From IMG/VR virus record IMGVR_UViG_3300046002_004363, positions 1-64,000 of that record: a stretch of DNA of 64,000 nucleotides, one strand, 5' to 3'. The notes beneath the pieces were generated by a model. It made no database searches. It was given only the letters and a program-made list of their open reading frames with translations, and was not told where the DNA came from. Shown one piece after another: positions 17,130 through 28,570 of the stretch. The first letter of the stretch is position 1, and every line of letters begins with the position of its first letter. Made by a program: the position numbers and the translations under genes. The stretch is from a virus.

Positions 17130-20100
17130 ACTTATTATTTTGTTTCTTCCTTAGTATTTCAAAGTATTCATCGCTAGTATCTTCATCGAAATCATCTCCC
17201 ATCATTTCAATATATTTAATATTATCTCCTTCCATTAAATCACCTACATTATCGTAAATATACTTAGCTCTATCCCTACCTTTACTCACTTTATCTAATT
17301 TCTTTATAGCTGGAATAACAAACTTTTCACTTATCTTTTCGTTAGCTTTCTTTATAGCTTCCTTTAATATGCTTAAAGATGTTTCTTCTGATATATTCTC
17401 TTCTTTAGCAAACTCATCTAACTTGTCAGTTAACTCTTCTACTGTCATTAAATTCTCTCCACTATAATACTTATTCTCAAGTAACTTAAATGCGTCTTCA
17501 GATAGCTCTTCTTTTATCTTAGACTCCCTTACTTTATAGTAGCCTTTAGTCTTATCCATACCGCCTAACTTCTTAAGGAATTCAACCTGCTCTACTACAC
17601 TCTTGCGCATTAAATTAAGTCTTATATTCTCAATGTACTCTGCTTTTTGTTCAAAGCCCATCTTAGACAACTCGTTCATTTGCTTCTCATTTAAGAATGA
17701 TGTATTTAACGTCTTATTAGGTGTTAATCTAGGATATACAGCCTTATCTAAAGTTTCTCTAAATGTATTTAACTCTTTTTCGTACTGCTTGAATTCATCT
17801 TGAGTTACCTTACCTGTTACTAAAGACCAATAATCTTTGTAGTCATAACTTTCACTTCCAACCGCTACAACGTAGTCTATATTCTTTTTAAGTTTAGCTC
17901 CAGCAAATCCAGTTCCAGTCTCTAAAGCAAATAAGAATTGGTCTGTATTTGTGTATATCTCTTTCTTATCAATTACATTATCAATACCCCTCATTGTTAT
18001 AGATATGTTTGGTGAAGCTCCTTTTAATGCTTGCATAACCACATCTTGAGATTTAAGATCGGAAGGATTTACATCCATCTCCATAACGTCAGGACTATAT
18101 TTAATTAAAGCAGCATTCTTAATTGAAGATGTTAACGTTCCAGCAAACCCCATACTCTCAAGTATAGAATCTATAATTTTATTTCCAAACTGCAATATAG
18201 ATGTCTTCTTATCTGCTTTACTTTCCTCATCTTCATCATCACTGCCTCTAAGAGCCTCTTTTATCATTACAGGAAGTATTAGTCCAAAAGACGACATAGC
18301 TATAATCCTCTTCATCTTAGAAGCATAATCTCCATCTTTTCTTAACATTGAATTTATATCAGAACTCATCATCTCCATAATCTGTCTTGGAGATTGCAAA
18401 TATCCTCCTAAACCTAAAGCTAAAGCCCATTTCTGATAAAACGCAGTACCAGTATAGAATGGAGCATTTGATTGCAATGTCTTATTAACTTCCTCTGCAA
18501 AGAACTCATCTACATTTTCAGTAGTTGTAGTTTGCGAGTCTACTTGGTATTTACCTTTATATAGTGGTGTTAAAGCTATAACTGATATTTGGTCGAATAC
18601 TGTTGTGAATATAAGTAAGTCAGATATTAATGCTCCAGAAACCCTGTAACCTAAGTTATCATTTATACTTTGAATAGCAGCAACCTCAGCATTATCTTTC
18701 CTCTTATTTGTTCTCTCAATGTAGTTCTTCGAATTAACTATTGCGTTATAAGCTTCTTTTAATTCATTAAACTCTTTATTTCTAGTTTCTTTTTTAGCTA
18801 AATTCTTTAATGTATCTTTTAGGTATTTAAGGTTTCCTTTCTTAGCATAAGCAATTGGAATACCAGTTAACTGAGATATAGCTGAAAATGCATTTAAAGC
18901 TAACTGAGCCGCTCTAAGTGTTGATCTACTTGCTACCCAAAATCTTGATGCAGACCCTACTAAGTCTTTAGACCCCATAGATGTATTATAAGCATCGTCT
19001 CTAACTATGTTTAATATCTTTGTCTTAAACTTATCATTCCAACTTTTTCCAAATGCACTAATCATAGCCACATTGTTTCCTTCATTAGCATATAAATTCC
19101 TAACATCAGATACAATATCAGACCCTTGAACTAATGTGATAGCTTCTTTTGCTATATTGTCAAATGAACGTGTTACAGATAAATCATTAAGGTTTAAATT
19201 ACCTCCAGATGTTCTTGTAAATAAAGAAGGGAATAATAGACTATAATCAGCATTAGGATTCTCAGAATCTTCAAAGAACTCTAAAACATTGCCTTCATTT
19301 GTACCAGATAATGATTCAGCCGATAATGGATAGTATGGTATCTTTTCAGGAAGACCATTAGGGTAAACCATATCTAAAATCTCATACAAATCTCTAGTTG
19401 ACTTATCATCTTTAATTTTTAACGCATCCTCTTTACTAACATATTTTGCCTCACCTAAAGTATCATATCCTAATTTATCTAATGTAGGATTTACATAATC
19501 TCTTATATTTTCAAACAATTTAGCAGACTTATCAGCAACCTCTCTAATTCCAGGATTCTCATTTACATAAGATATAATAGCCTTAGCGTCATCAATTGAA
19601 TATGAATTTAAGAATTTATTCAATCCTTCAGGTTGTCTAAGCATATTAAATAATGCTGCAACACCTTCATTCTTCATTTTATCGAAAGGAATATATCTAC
19701 TTACAAATTGGTCTTTAAATTTCTTTATAGAAGGGTCTTTCTTAATCATTAAATCTAATTCGTCAATAATACCAAGATAGTCTCCTTCAACTTTCTTTCC
19801 ATTAACATCTATGCTAAATTGAATTTCATTTCTACCAACAAAAGACCAAAGAGGACTACTCTTATCACCACCCTTAAATATAGCAACAGCAGTCTTAATT
19901 ACATCGTATGTATTAGACTTTAAGATTCTATTATTGTTTAAGAAATTATCTTTACCAATAACATCCTTAATAAAGTTATCACGAACATCTCTAAATTCAC
20001 TTACTTTTCTACCAAGCTTCTCAGAGTAAACCTTCAGTCTATTTATCCAATTTTTATCAAGGAATTCTTTAGCTCCTTCAACTGAAAATAAAGGCTCAAA

Positions 20101-23100
20101 AAATTTATCAGCACTGAATGTTGCGGTACTATATCTTCTTCTAATGTCATTAAAAGCCGTTTTAAAGCCCTTTCTATTAGTTTCCGCACTACTAGCTACA
20201 TTTGATGTAGATATTGGATTAAAAGACACCCTACTTAGTCCTTCAGTATCTGTGATAAAGTTAGATTTACCTGATTTTGTATTCAAATATATCTTACCAT
20301 TAAAGATAACTCCACCTGAGAATTTATCGAAAATCTTATCTATTGTAGTTGACTCTAGTTTAACTGTTTTCTTAGGCTCAATACTCTTATTCTTATTTAA
20401 AGAAATTATAGCTAATCTATTTGCATTCTCTCTTGATTTAGAATCTCTTGCTTCATTTATAGCTTTTCTTGCCTTAATACCATCTTTTAATAGTTTATTA
20501 ACCTCCAAATAAAATACAGTCTTATCAGCTATTGTAGGGTTGTTTATTTTAGAGAACTTCTTCTTAGCCTCTTCAATCTTCTTCTTAAATTCATCAGTTA
20601 CTTTAGTTTTGGTAACTTTTCCAGAAGTTTTATCCTTGTAAAAAGTATCTTTAGAAGCTTCCTTGATTTTCTTGTCAAGTATAGCCTCGTCTCTTAACTC
20701 TCTTCTAAGATATAAGTCATCTATAATATCATTAATCTTTTCTGCTTGCCCCTCAAAGTTTGCATCAGTAGTATTTTGAACTAATGACGTTATTTTCTGA
20801 TAAGCAGACTTCATAATATCAGAAGCATCAAGACCAACTAAATTAGACTTTACAAATTGATTTAAGTCTTTCTTTAACTTATCAATTTCTTTAGCTCTAT
20901 TTTTCGTTATAGATATAGCTTCTTTAGCTGCACTAAATAGCTCTTGTAGTTGACTCTTAACTTCTTTTAGTGGTTTTACTTTTTCTTCACCTTGCTCGGT
21001 AGACTCTTCAGGTTTTGCTTCGGGTTCTCCTTGCTCCACTTCTTCGCTAACTGCGGTTTCTGGCTGTACAGGAATTTCACTTGTTGTTTGCTCTTGAATG
21101 GCATCTTTGTCTTCTTTTTTAGTTGATAATTGTTTTAATGCGTATTCCTTTAAATCAAAATCAGAAACAGATATATAGCCCATATCTCTAACTAGTTTTA
21201 TACCATCATTTATAGCTTCCGCAAGAGTTTTACCTGCTTTATAAGAAACCTTAATTCCTTGTAAGAACTTTTTAGCAGCGTAAGCTGGTAAGGCTATTGA
21301 AGCATCAAAAGCACCCTTACCTTTTAAATCTAAAGCACTTATAGCTTTATCTAATAGTTTCTCAATTCTATCTCTTTCATCTTTCTTAAAGCTTTCTATT
21401 AAGTTTTGAGCCTCTTGTAAATCTTTTTTATCTGCCTTTGTTTTTTTAGCTTTAAATACGCCAATAGCTTTATTTCTTGTAGCCTCATCTCTAATACCAA
21501 CAAGTTTACCTTCAGGATTTACTTGTGATACGGCAAATGTTCCATCTTGTTTTTTGGTTACTTGAAATACTCTTTGACCTACCTTAACTAAATCTTTGTT
21601 CTTAGATTTCTTAACTAATTCATCTAATATTTCTTCTTCTATTTTAGCTAATAATTCTTCTGATTTCTTTTCTTCTTCTTTAAGTTCGTTAAGTGTTTTA
21701 GATTGAAACTCTTCTCTTCTCTTTCTTCTTTCTTCAGAATTTCTTTTCTTCTCTTCTGCTTTTATTTCTTTATCTGTTTTTCCAACAACTTCTTTACCAG
21801 CCACTTGTAAATTAAGTTTTGTCTCTTTTTTGTCAGATTGCAATGAAACATCTTTTAAAATTCTCTCTGCTTTTTCTCCAGATATTCTTCTTACAAGACC
21901 AGTTTCTTTTTCTTTTAATTTAACAACAGCTTTTCCTTTTTTGTCTCTCGCTCTACTTACAAATTCATATTCTTTACCATCTATTTTTACTACTGGTATT
22001 GATTTACCTTGCTTAGCTTCCGTTCTTACTCCTTCTTGAGGGAATTTAGAAATACCAAAAGACGCTATCGGTCTGTTAGAATCTTCATTAACCTTTCCTA
22101 ACTCTATTATTTCATTATTTGTTTCAAATACAATAGTGTTTCGATTGGTATCATCTATCTTAATCATACCTTCTTTTGATCCAATATATCCTTTTTGACC
22201 GATATTATCAGATAAACTACCCTCTATTCTTTGTTCAGTAACTTCTTGTCTTAAAGCCTCTATCTCGTCTTCTGGAATAGTTATTACCTCATCTTCTTGT
22301 ATTTCTAAATCTTCATCTTTAGGCGTTACTATTTCTTCTTGTGTTTTAATGTTTTTTTTGTTAATTTCTTGTTTTTGACTGTCTGTTAAATCATTTTCAG
22401 ATATTTCAACTATGCCTGCATCTATAGCAAAAATATTTCCGTTATCATCTTTTATAAAATTGTCAGACGTATCTGATATTCTTAAAAACTTACCATCTAC
22501 ATTTACAACAAAGTTATCATTTCCTATATTTAAAAAACCTTTAGACTCTAAATAAGAAGAAACCTCTGATTGAGAAGCGGTCTCTCCTTTTAAATAATTT
22601 TGTTTATATATAGGGTTTTTAACTCCATTTTGCTCATAATAACCTATAACCTCAAGACTGCCATCTCCAATTAAATTACTTATTGAAATTGCATCCTTTA
22701 CTCTTGGCATAAACCCCTCATTACTTCCGTAAGGCTCTCCTATCTTTATAACAGTTTTTCCATCTTTACTTATATAAACAGAATGCTCACTTCCTTCAGC
22801 TAAGAATTCATAGTCATTTAAAAAATCACCAATAAAACCTTGTCTAGATAGAGAGATTTCTATTTTATCTAAGTTATTATTATTAAAATCTAACTCTACA
22901 GAATTTATTTTTTCTTGCAACCCGACATTACCTTCTTGCTGTGTTGTGCTAACGGTTTGTTCTTCGGCTGTGGTTGTAGGCTTTTCTTCACTGGTGATTT
23001 GCCCATCAGTTTGCTTTCTTTTTGCATCTTCTTCTATTTTTTGGTTATATAATTCTTTTGCTTTGTTGTTTATTGATTCTGCATTTATATTTATTAAAGT

Positions 23101-25848
23101 TTCTTCTTCTCCTTTATCAATCAATGCTTGTTTTAATATACTTTTTGCTTCATCTTTGAATTTAGTCTGAACTTCTTCAGGTAATAAATCAAATGATGTT
23201 TTACTTCCATCTATTAACGCATCTCTGTTAGAAATCAACGAAGTGTATAATTCTTTTTGAGCATCTAATAATACCTTCTTTTCTTCTTTAGATAATTCTT
23301 TGTTCTCATTTATCTTATTAGCCTCTTGAAGCATATTATCTATTTCTGTATTTAAAGATTCAATAGCACTTACTCCTCCAGCATCTTTCTTAACCTTATC
23401 TATTATAGATAAATTGGTCTTATCTATATTTGATTGTATCTTAGAAATTCTATCGGAATATATAGCTTTAGTTTCTTCACTAACATTTTCACCAAGTTTT
23501 CCTTTCCAATAATACAACTCTTTTTCAAGTTCAGAAATCTTATTCTTGTCAGAAGTAGATGCAATTCTATTTATAACACCTCTACCCATAAGTGGGAATA
23601 TTTTAGATATTAATGTAAATGTTGTAGTATCTTTTATTACATCATCAATAGATTGACCTATATTCACGCCATCTTCATTAAGCACAAATACTCTTGATAA
23701 GTCCTGGAATATTTCAGCTAAAGACTCTTCCGTGTTCTCTTTTAATAAATCAGTACCAAGTTCTTTTGCCTCATCTAATCCTTTTTTGGTCCAGCTTTTC
23801 CAAAATATATTAGCAGTCTCTGGTTTTGAAAGTAGCGAGTTAAATGATTTGGATAACCTTAAGGCTGTTGGCAAATTACCTAATATATCAGCTCCTCCAG
23901 TAATACCTCCGTGAATCAACTTCTCAGCAAACGTATGTACTTTACCTATCTCTCCAGGCTCAACTAAACCTCTTTTAAACCTCTCTTCAAATTCTTCAGA
24001 TTCACCAACACCTCTACCAAAACCTGATGAAAAATAAACGGCAGATTGTCTTAATAAAGGCATAGCTACTTTTCCATATCCAGCAAGCATAGGTAAAGCC
24101 ATTTGACCTGTTTGAGTAGCTGTTACATCTGATACATAGTTTAGTAAACTACTTGCGTTAGTTACTTCCTTTACATCTTCTCTTACAAGTTCTTTTTGTT
24201 TCTCTAACTCTTTAGAAAAGTCGTAGTAATTATAATCTTTAAATACTTTATTGAATAGGTATGAGTCAGCTCCTTGTAAAGGAAGACCTATTTTACCTTT
24301 AAGTTTGTCTGATAATTCAGCTAATGTTTGAATTGTCTTAATAGTTCCATTCACTGTCTCTGCTGCCGATAAATAAACCTTATCTCCAAAAACACCATCG
24401 TAACTTCTTCTTGAGTTATCGAAGTCGTCATAAGCATCTTCTTTTCCAGTGAATGATTTATCAAATTTCTCTATGTAGTTAAGTTGAGTATCTAATGCAG
24501 AATTAAAGTCGTCTGCTTTAGATTTAATTTCTTCCTCTAACTTACTAACTATTTGCTTTAAATTAGGATTTATAGGGCTAGATGCAGCTTTATCTTTATT
24601 AGTTTCGTAGTAAGATATAAAATCTAAATCATCTTGATTCTTATCTTCTTTATTTAAAAGACCATTGTATATATCTGTAGCGTAATCAAAGTTACCAAAT
24701 ATTATCTGGTGGTTTAATACATTCTTAGTTTGCTTTAAGTCATTATAAAAACCATCTACCTTCTCTTTATTTAATTTTAATAGGTTTGAGTATTTTACAG
24801 ACTCTTTATTTAGTGTATTGTATTTTTCAAAATCATTTATTCTTAATGCATCTTGAATTTTAATAACTTCACCAGATTTAGGGTCTACATATTCTTCATT
24901 TTTTATTTCGTTTAAGAATTCAGCGTCTTGATTCTCAATATAATTATCCTTAGCTTCCTTTAATTTTATCTCTTTTGCTCTTTCTTTTAATCTCTCAGGA
25001 GTTACGCTTTTACCTTCTTTTTCAAACTCTTGCTTTGCTTTATTAAAGTATTTATCTACAGATGTTTTATCAGCTACAACTCCAGTGCTTCCTATTACTT
25101 CACTTGCTTTCTCCCCAATACCAAATGGCAAATTAGAAGCTAAGGCTAAGGCTGTATTCCAAGAGCCTCTTGCAAAATTTTCTACATTATTAAGAAATCC
25201 TTTACCAGCTAAAGCATCTTCGAAATCTATGCTTTCTTTGGTTAAGTAATTATCAAGACCTTCTTGTTGAGACGCTTTTCTTTGCTTTTGTTTTTCAGAC
25301 ACCACTACGCTTAATGGGGATACTGGAGCAACTTTAAAATCATTATCAACTTGAGCAGATACAGCTTCCGTAAATGTATTTGGTTTTACATTGAACTGAG
25401 AAGTTATATCTACTACAGGTTTTTTATCAATTACAGTAATTTCTTTCTTCTTCGCTTCTTTAAATTCTTTTGACTTTTGCTCTGTAAAAGACTGAACAGG
25501 TGCGCCAAATAAGGCTTTATTTTTCCCAACAGAAGATGCCGAAGCCCCAGTTTGAAGAGGTTTTCCTCCAACCGAAAAAGACTTTGCTTTCGTTTGTTGT
25601 ACAGGAGATACCGAAGGAGCTTCTTCTGAAGTACCAGTCGATTCTACTTTTTTTTTTGACGTTACGCTTGAGTATTTCTGTAAGAACGAGTCTTTATCTT
25701 TAGAGTAAAGACCATCTCTTTTTACAACCTCATAAACCTTGTCTTTATAAGGCTCATCATTAGACCATTTATTTTGAAATTCATCAAAGGATTTTGTGTA
25801 TTTCCCCTCTCTTACTAATACTTCGTATAATTTTTTTAATTCGTCCAT
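17128..25848 (-). CDS. giant internal virion/ejection (polyvalent) protein with kinase-like domain
   Basis: 2906 aa, last gene of the structural operon; LAEGSEHSVY..VIK...D..DNF..D.NGNIFAID at about aa 1013-1146. Confidence 0.7.
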   Translation of the reverse strand: MDELKKLYEVLVREGKYTKSFDEFQNKWSNDEPYKDKVYEVVKRDGLYSKDKDSFLQKYSSVTSKKKVESTGTSEEAPSVSPVQQTKAKSFSVGGKPLQTGASASSVGKNKALFGAPVQSFTEQKSKEFKEAKKKEITVIDKKPVVDITSQFNVKPNTFTEAVSAQVDNDFKVAPVSPLSVVVSEKQKQRKASQQEGLDNYLTKESIDFEDALAGKGFLNNVENFARGSWNTALALASNLPFGIGEKASEVIGSTGVVADKTSVDKYFNKAKQEFEKEGKSVTPERLKERAKEIKLKEAKDNYIENQDAEFLNEIKNEEYVDPKSGEVIKIQDALRINDFEKYNTLNKESVKYSNLLKLNKEKVDGFYNDLKQTKNVLNHQIIFGNFDYATDIYNGLLNKEDKNQDDLDFISYYETNKDKAASSPINPNLKQIVSKLEEEIKSKADDFNSALDTQLNYIEKFDKSFTGKEDAYDDFDNSRRSYDGVFGDKVYLSAAETVNGTIKTIQTLAELSDKLKGKIGLPLQGADSYLFNKVFKDYNYYDFSKELEKQKELVREDVKEVTNASSLLNYVSDVTATQTGQMALPMLAGYGKVAMPLLRQSAVYFSSGFGRGVGESEEFEERFKRGLVEPGEIGKVHTFAEKLIHGGITGGADILGNLPTALRLSKSFNSLLSKPETANIFWKSWTKKGLDEAKELGTDLLKENTEESLAEIFQDLSRVFVLNEDGVNIGQSIDDVIKDTTTFTLISKIFPLMGRGVINRIASTSDKNKISELEKELYYWKGKLGENVSEETKAIYSDRISKIQSNIDKTNLSIIDKVKKDAGGVSAIESLNTEIDNMLQEANKINENKELSKEEKKVLLDAQKELYTSLISNRDALIDGSKTSFDLLPEEVQTKFKDEAKSILKQALIDKGEEETLININAESINNKAKELYNQKIEEDAKRKQTDGQITSEEKPTTTAEEQTVSTTQQEGNVGLQEKINSVELDFNNNNLDKIEISLSRQGFIGDFLNDYEFLAEGSEHSVYISKDGKTVIKIGEPYGSNEGFMPRVKDAISISNLIGDGSLEVIGYYEQNGVKNPIYKQNYLKGETASQSEVSSYLESKGFLNIGNDNFVVNVDGKFLRISDTSDNFIKDDNGNIFAIDAGIVEISENDLTDSQKQEINKKNIKTQEEIVTPKDEDLEIQEDEVITIPEDEIEALRQEVTEQRIEGSLSDNIGQKGYIGSKEGMIKIDDTNRNTIVFETNNEIIELGKVNEDSNRPIASFGISKFPQEGVRTEAKQGKSIPVVKIDGKEYEFVSRARDKKGKAVVKLKEKETGLVRRISGEKAERILKDVSLQSDKKETKLNLQVAGKEVVGKTDKEIKAEEKKRNSEERRKRREEFQSKTLNELKEEEKKSEELLAKIEEEILDELVKKSKNKDLVKVGQRVFQVTKKQDGTFAVSQVNPEGKLVGIRDEATRNKAIGVFKAKKTKADKKDLQEAQNLIESFKKDERDRIEKLLDKAISALDLKGKGAFDASIALPAYAAKKFLQGIKVSYKAGKTLAEAINDGIKLVRDMGYISVSDFDLKEYALKQLSTKKEDKDAIQEQTTSEIPVQPETAVSEEVEQGEPEAKPEESTEQGEEKVKPLKEVKSQLQELFSAAKEAISITKNRAKEIDKLKKDLNQFVKSNLVGLDASDIMKSAYQKITSLVQNTTDANFEGQAEKINDIIDDLYLRRELRDEAILDKKIKEASKDTFYKDKTSGKVTKTKVTDEFKKKIEEAKKKFSKINNPTIADKTVFYLEVNKLLKDGIKARKAINEARDSKSRENANRLAIISLNKNKSIEPKKTVKLESTTIDKIFDKFSGGVIFNGKIYLNTKSGKSNFITDTEGLSRVSFNPISTSNVASSAETNRKGFKTAFNDIRRRYSTATFSADKFFEPLFSVEGAKEFLDKNWINRLKVYSEKLGRKVSEFRDVRDNFIKDVIGKDNFLNNNRILKSNTYDVIKTAVAIFKGGDKSSPLWSFVGRNEIQFSIDVNGKKVEGDYLGIIDELDLMIKKDPSIKKFKDQFVSRYIPFDKMKNEGVAALFNMLRQPEGLNKFLNSYSIDDAKAIISYVNENPGIREVADKSAKLFENIRDYVNPTLDKLGYDTLGEAKYVSKEDALKIKDDKSTRDLYEILDMVYPNGLPEKIPYYPLSAESLSGTNEGNVLEFFEDSENPNADYSLLFPSLFTRTSGGNLNLNDLSVTRSFDNIAKEAITLVQGSDIVSDVRNLYANEGNNVAMISAFGKSWNDKFKTKILNIVRDDAYNTSMGSKDLVGSASRFWVASRSTLRAAQLALNAFSAISQLTGIPIAYAKKGNLKYLKDTLKNLAKKETRNKEFNELKEAYNAIVNSKNYIERTNKRKDNAEVAAIQSINDNLGYRVSGALISDLLIFTTVFDQISVIALTPLYKGKYQVDSQTTTTENVDEFFAEEVNKTLQSNAPFYTGTAFYQKWALALGLGGYLQSPRQIMEMMSSDINSMLRKDGDYASKMKRIIAMSSFGLILPVMIKEALRGSDDEDEESKADKKTSILQFGNKIIDSILESMGFAGTLTSSIKNAALIKYSPDVMEMDVNPSDLKSQDVVMQALKGASPNISITMRGIDNVIDKKEIYTNTDQFLFALETGTGFAGAKLKKNIDYVVAVGSESYDYKDYWSLVTGKVTQDEFKQYEKELNTFRETLDKAVYPRLTPNKTLNTSFLNEKQMNELSKMGFEQKAEYIENIRLNLMRKSVVEQVEFLKKLGGMDKTKGYYKVRESKIKEELSEDAFKLLENKYYSGENLMTVEELTDKLDEFAKEENISEETSLSILKEAIKKANEKISEKFVIPAIKKLDKVSKGRDRAKYIYDNVGDLMEGDNIKYIEMMGDDFDEDTSDEYFEILRKKQNNK

Positions 25849-25864
25849 TTTTATGTGTAAATTA

Positions 25865-27334
25865 TTAATCTAATTCAGCCTTCTTATTAAACCCAGCTAA
25901 CTCTCTGTATTTATCAAATAACTCATCGGTAGAACTTAATCCTAATGCATTTGCTACGTTACCAGCTTGGTCATCTGCTTCTCTAGGTATAACTAATTCG
26001 TTTCTGTTAGTGGTCTTTATTCCAGACAAACTTCTTTTAGCTAATTCAAGTTCATTCTTCTTTTCGTTATAAGCGTCTGTATTACTTCTTAATGAAGCAA
26101 GTTGTTTTTCTATGTCACTAACGTCTTCTTTTGTATATGTTTGACTTTCTGTACCAGTAGGCTCTGAATACTTAACTTTTATGAATTCTTTACCTTGTGC
26201 ATTCTTAACCATATATACGTTAAGTAATACAAGATTATCTACTACCTTAGTACCAACAGGTTTTCCTTTTTCATTATAAACATTCACCTTCAAAGAAGAT
26301 ACTCTAGGGTTTTTAGCCCCAGAGGCATCCCAAGCGTGTCCTTTACCTCCTCCAGGTAATCTAAAGTCAGTAGGTTTAATTATTTCCTTCTCGTCACCTT
26401 TACCTCCTCCATTATTACTAGGTGGCGCTCCATAACCTCTCTCAACTTCTTTACCGTATGATTTAGCCATATTATCATAAAAGTACTTAGATGCCGCTTT
26501 CTTTTCGTCATCAGTCCAATTACTTGTTTTTCTTACTTTAGTCGTAGGCTTTATTTCAGATTGATACCACTTTGTCATCGCTGCATTATCTCCAGCTAAT
26601 GCGTCTGCCGCTAATTGTATAGCTTCTCTTTGAGGTTGAGCCTCTGGAGAATTTATATCTCTAACCTTAACATTGCTATAATAACTACCACTTTCTTTTA
26701 ATGGAGCTGTAACTCTATCTACAACTTTTTTATATTCATCATTTAATTCAATATCCCCTACAAGATTTAGATTGTCTTTTACAAACCCACCTATATATTG
26801 AGGCTCTCTCTCTGTGCCATCTTGGTCATACAATTGAACAAATCCTCTACCATCTTTAAATATGTACTTAGCCTTACCATCTCTAAGTTGTTGTAAATCA
26901 GACATTACTTCATCGTAATTATCTTTATTTAACTTACCAGATTTAGCCAAGTCTTCAGCTGTCTTAAAGTAATCTGCCAAACCTTTGGCTTCATTTGTTA
27001 TGGTATTCATTTCGTTTACAGTCTTATCGTATTCGTATAGATACCTAGAATCTCCTGTTTTTTCGTATAGCTTTTTATTCTCTATTGCACTATTGTAAAA
27101 GTCTTTATATAATTTAGACATAGATTCATCATATCCAGCTAGACCAGAAGCTGAATAAGCATTAGGGTCTTTTCTATCTTTTAATTCATCTGCCTTTGCT
27201 TTCGCTATAGCTGCTGCCTTAGTTTTTTTAGCTAAGTCTATCTTATCAAATTCAGCCTTAACCATTCCTCCAAAGTCAGGACCTTGAATCGGTTGTACTT
27301 GAGCGTATGTTCCTACATTACCTACTACTGCCAT
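25865..27334 (-). CDS. putative internal virion protein
   Basis: position and composition. Confidence 0.55.
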   Translation of the reverse strand: MAVVGNVGTYAQVQPIQGPDFGGMVKAEFDKIDLAKKTKAAAIAKAKADELKDRKDPNAYSASGLAGYDESMSKLYKDFYNSAIENKKLYEKTGDSRYLYEYDKTVNEMNTITNEAKGLADYFKTAEDLAKSGKLNKDNYDEVMSDLQQLRDGKAKYIFKDGRGFVQLYDQDGTEREPQYIGGFVKDNLNLVGDIELNDEYKKVVDRVTAPLKESGSYYSNVKVRDINSPEAQPQREAIQLAADALAGDNAAMTKWYQSEIKPTTKVRKTSNWTDDEKKAASKYFYDNMAKSYGKEVERGYGAPPSNNGGGKGDEKEIIKPTDFRLPGGGKGHAWDASGAKNPRVSSLKVNVYNEKGKPVGTKVVDNLVLLNVYMVKNAQGKEFIKVKYSEPTGTESQTYTKEDVSDIEKQLASLRSNTDAYNEKKNELELAKRSLSGIKTTNRNELVIPREADDQAGNVANALGLSSTDELFDKYRELAGFNKKAELD

Positions 27335-27340
27335 TTCTTT

Positions 27341-28132
27341 TTATTCAAAAATTAAATTACCACTATACGGATCAACAGAATAACCTCTTAAGTTATTACT
27401 TATATTTGCTTTTCTTTGAACAGGTGTTGTTAAAGAAGGTATATTGTAATTGCCAAATAAAGGTTGATTTTCTAAATAATTCATAGCTCCTAAACCACTT
27501 CCTCCTGTTCTAGTTAAAGTATTGTTTAAACCACTGAAAGCTTCATTCATTTTATTTGAGGAAGTATCTAATGCCTTTGTAGCTTGTTCGGCTGTTTTAG
27601 TTAATCCTTTAGTAGCTTCATTAGACTTACCTAAAGCCCCAAGACCAGCTATTCCTGTTTGAGCTATCCCTCCAATACCTTGCCACATCTGTTGATTACC
27701 AGCATTGTATTGTGAAGACAATCCTGATATATCTTGCATCTCTCTTTGCTCTTGCATATTTCTAATGTTAGCTTCGTCTTGAGCATACATTTGGTCTATC
27801 TGTTTTTGTTGCGCATCTAATTCAGCACCAATTTGTCTATTAAGCATTTGATTACCTGCCTCAACTCTACCAAGACCACCAAGTACACCTCTAACGCCAG
27901 CTCCTTGTAAAGCGCCAACTTGTGTAGCAGCTAATCTTGCCTGCTCCTCTCTTTGTAGGTCTGCACCTAAAGTAGAAACTTGCATACCTTCTGCAACATT
28001 ATTAAACTCTTGTCTTTGATAATTATCTAGGGCATTTTTTGCGTCTCTCGCATCTTTTGCTCCCTTTATAGCTTGGTATCCAGAACCTAATAGTCCTACA
28101 CCTGCCATTGCAATACTCGTAGCTGCGGCCAT
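27341..28132 (-). CDS. putative ejection/pilot protein
   Basis: Gly/Ala/Gln-rich with hydrophobic N-terminus. Confidence 0.6.
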   Translation of the reverse strand: MAAATSIAMAGVGLLGSGYQAIKGAKDARDAKNALDNYQRQEFNNVAEGMQVSTLGADLQREEQARLAATQVGALQGAGVRGVLGGLGRVEAGNQMLNRQIGAELDAQQKQIDQMYAQDEANIRNMQEQREMQDISGLSSQYNAGNQQMWQGIGGIAQTGIAGLGALGKSNEATKGLTKTAEQATKALDTSSNKMNEAFSGLNNTLTRTGGSGLGAMNYLENQPLFGNYNIPSLTTPVQRKANISNNLRGYSVDPYSGNLIFE

Positions 28133-28144
28133 CTTATATATTTT

Positions 28145-28552
28145 TTATAGTATTTTTATTAATTCAGTTGTTCCTCTTGTTCCTATAGAGAACCCGTTCT
28201 CTACATATTTATTAATTAAATTCTCGTTCTTAATAGACGAAAACACAATTGAATAACCTAACTCTTTAGCTGAGAAAGATAACTCCTCTAACACGCTTAA
28301 AATAGCCTTATTTCTTTCTTCTGATGTGGTCTTAGGATTTGTAACCATAAACTCTATCCACACCATATTGGAATTAGTGGTGTACATAAAACCACAAGCT
28401 AAATCTTTACCTCCTTCTGAAGCTATAACTCCATTGAATTTACCTAAATCATATTGCGGTAATGCCTTGATTGATGGGGCTGGAAATCTCCAAAAACCCC
28501 ACCACTCTGTTAGCATTTTATAATCAGTATGTTCAGCAATTCTTATATCCAT
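28145..28552 (-). CDS. GNAT-like protein (position analogous to T7 gp13)
   Basis: 135 aa acetyltransferase-like pattern between tail and ejection genes. Confidence 0.55.
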   Translation of the reverse strand: MDIRIAEHTDYKMLTEWWGFWRFPAPSIKALPQYDLGKFNGVIASEGGKDLACGFMYTTNSNMVWIEFMVTNPKTTSEERNKAILSVLEELSFSAKELGYSIVFSSIKNENLINKYVENGFSIGTRGTTELIKIL

Positions 28553-28556
28553 ATTG

Positions 28557-28564
28557 CAAAGATA
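28557..28564 (-). promoter_or_regulatory. TAnnTTTG -7 element on - strand (also 34635, 35485, 38759, 39725, 45614, 49797, 56255, 57343)
   Basis: CAAAnnTA on the + strand just upstream of - strand genes. Confidence 0.7.
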
Positions 28565-28570
28565 AAGTAT

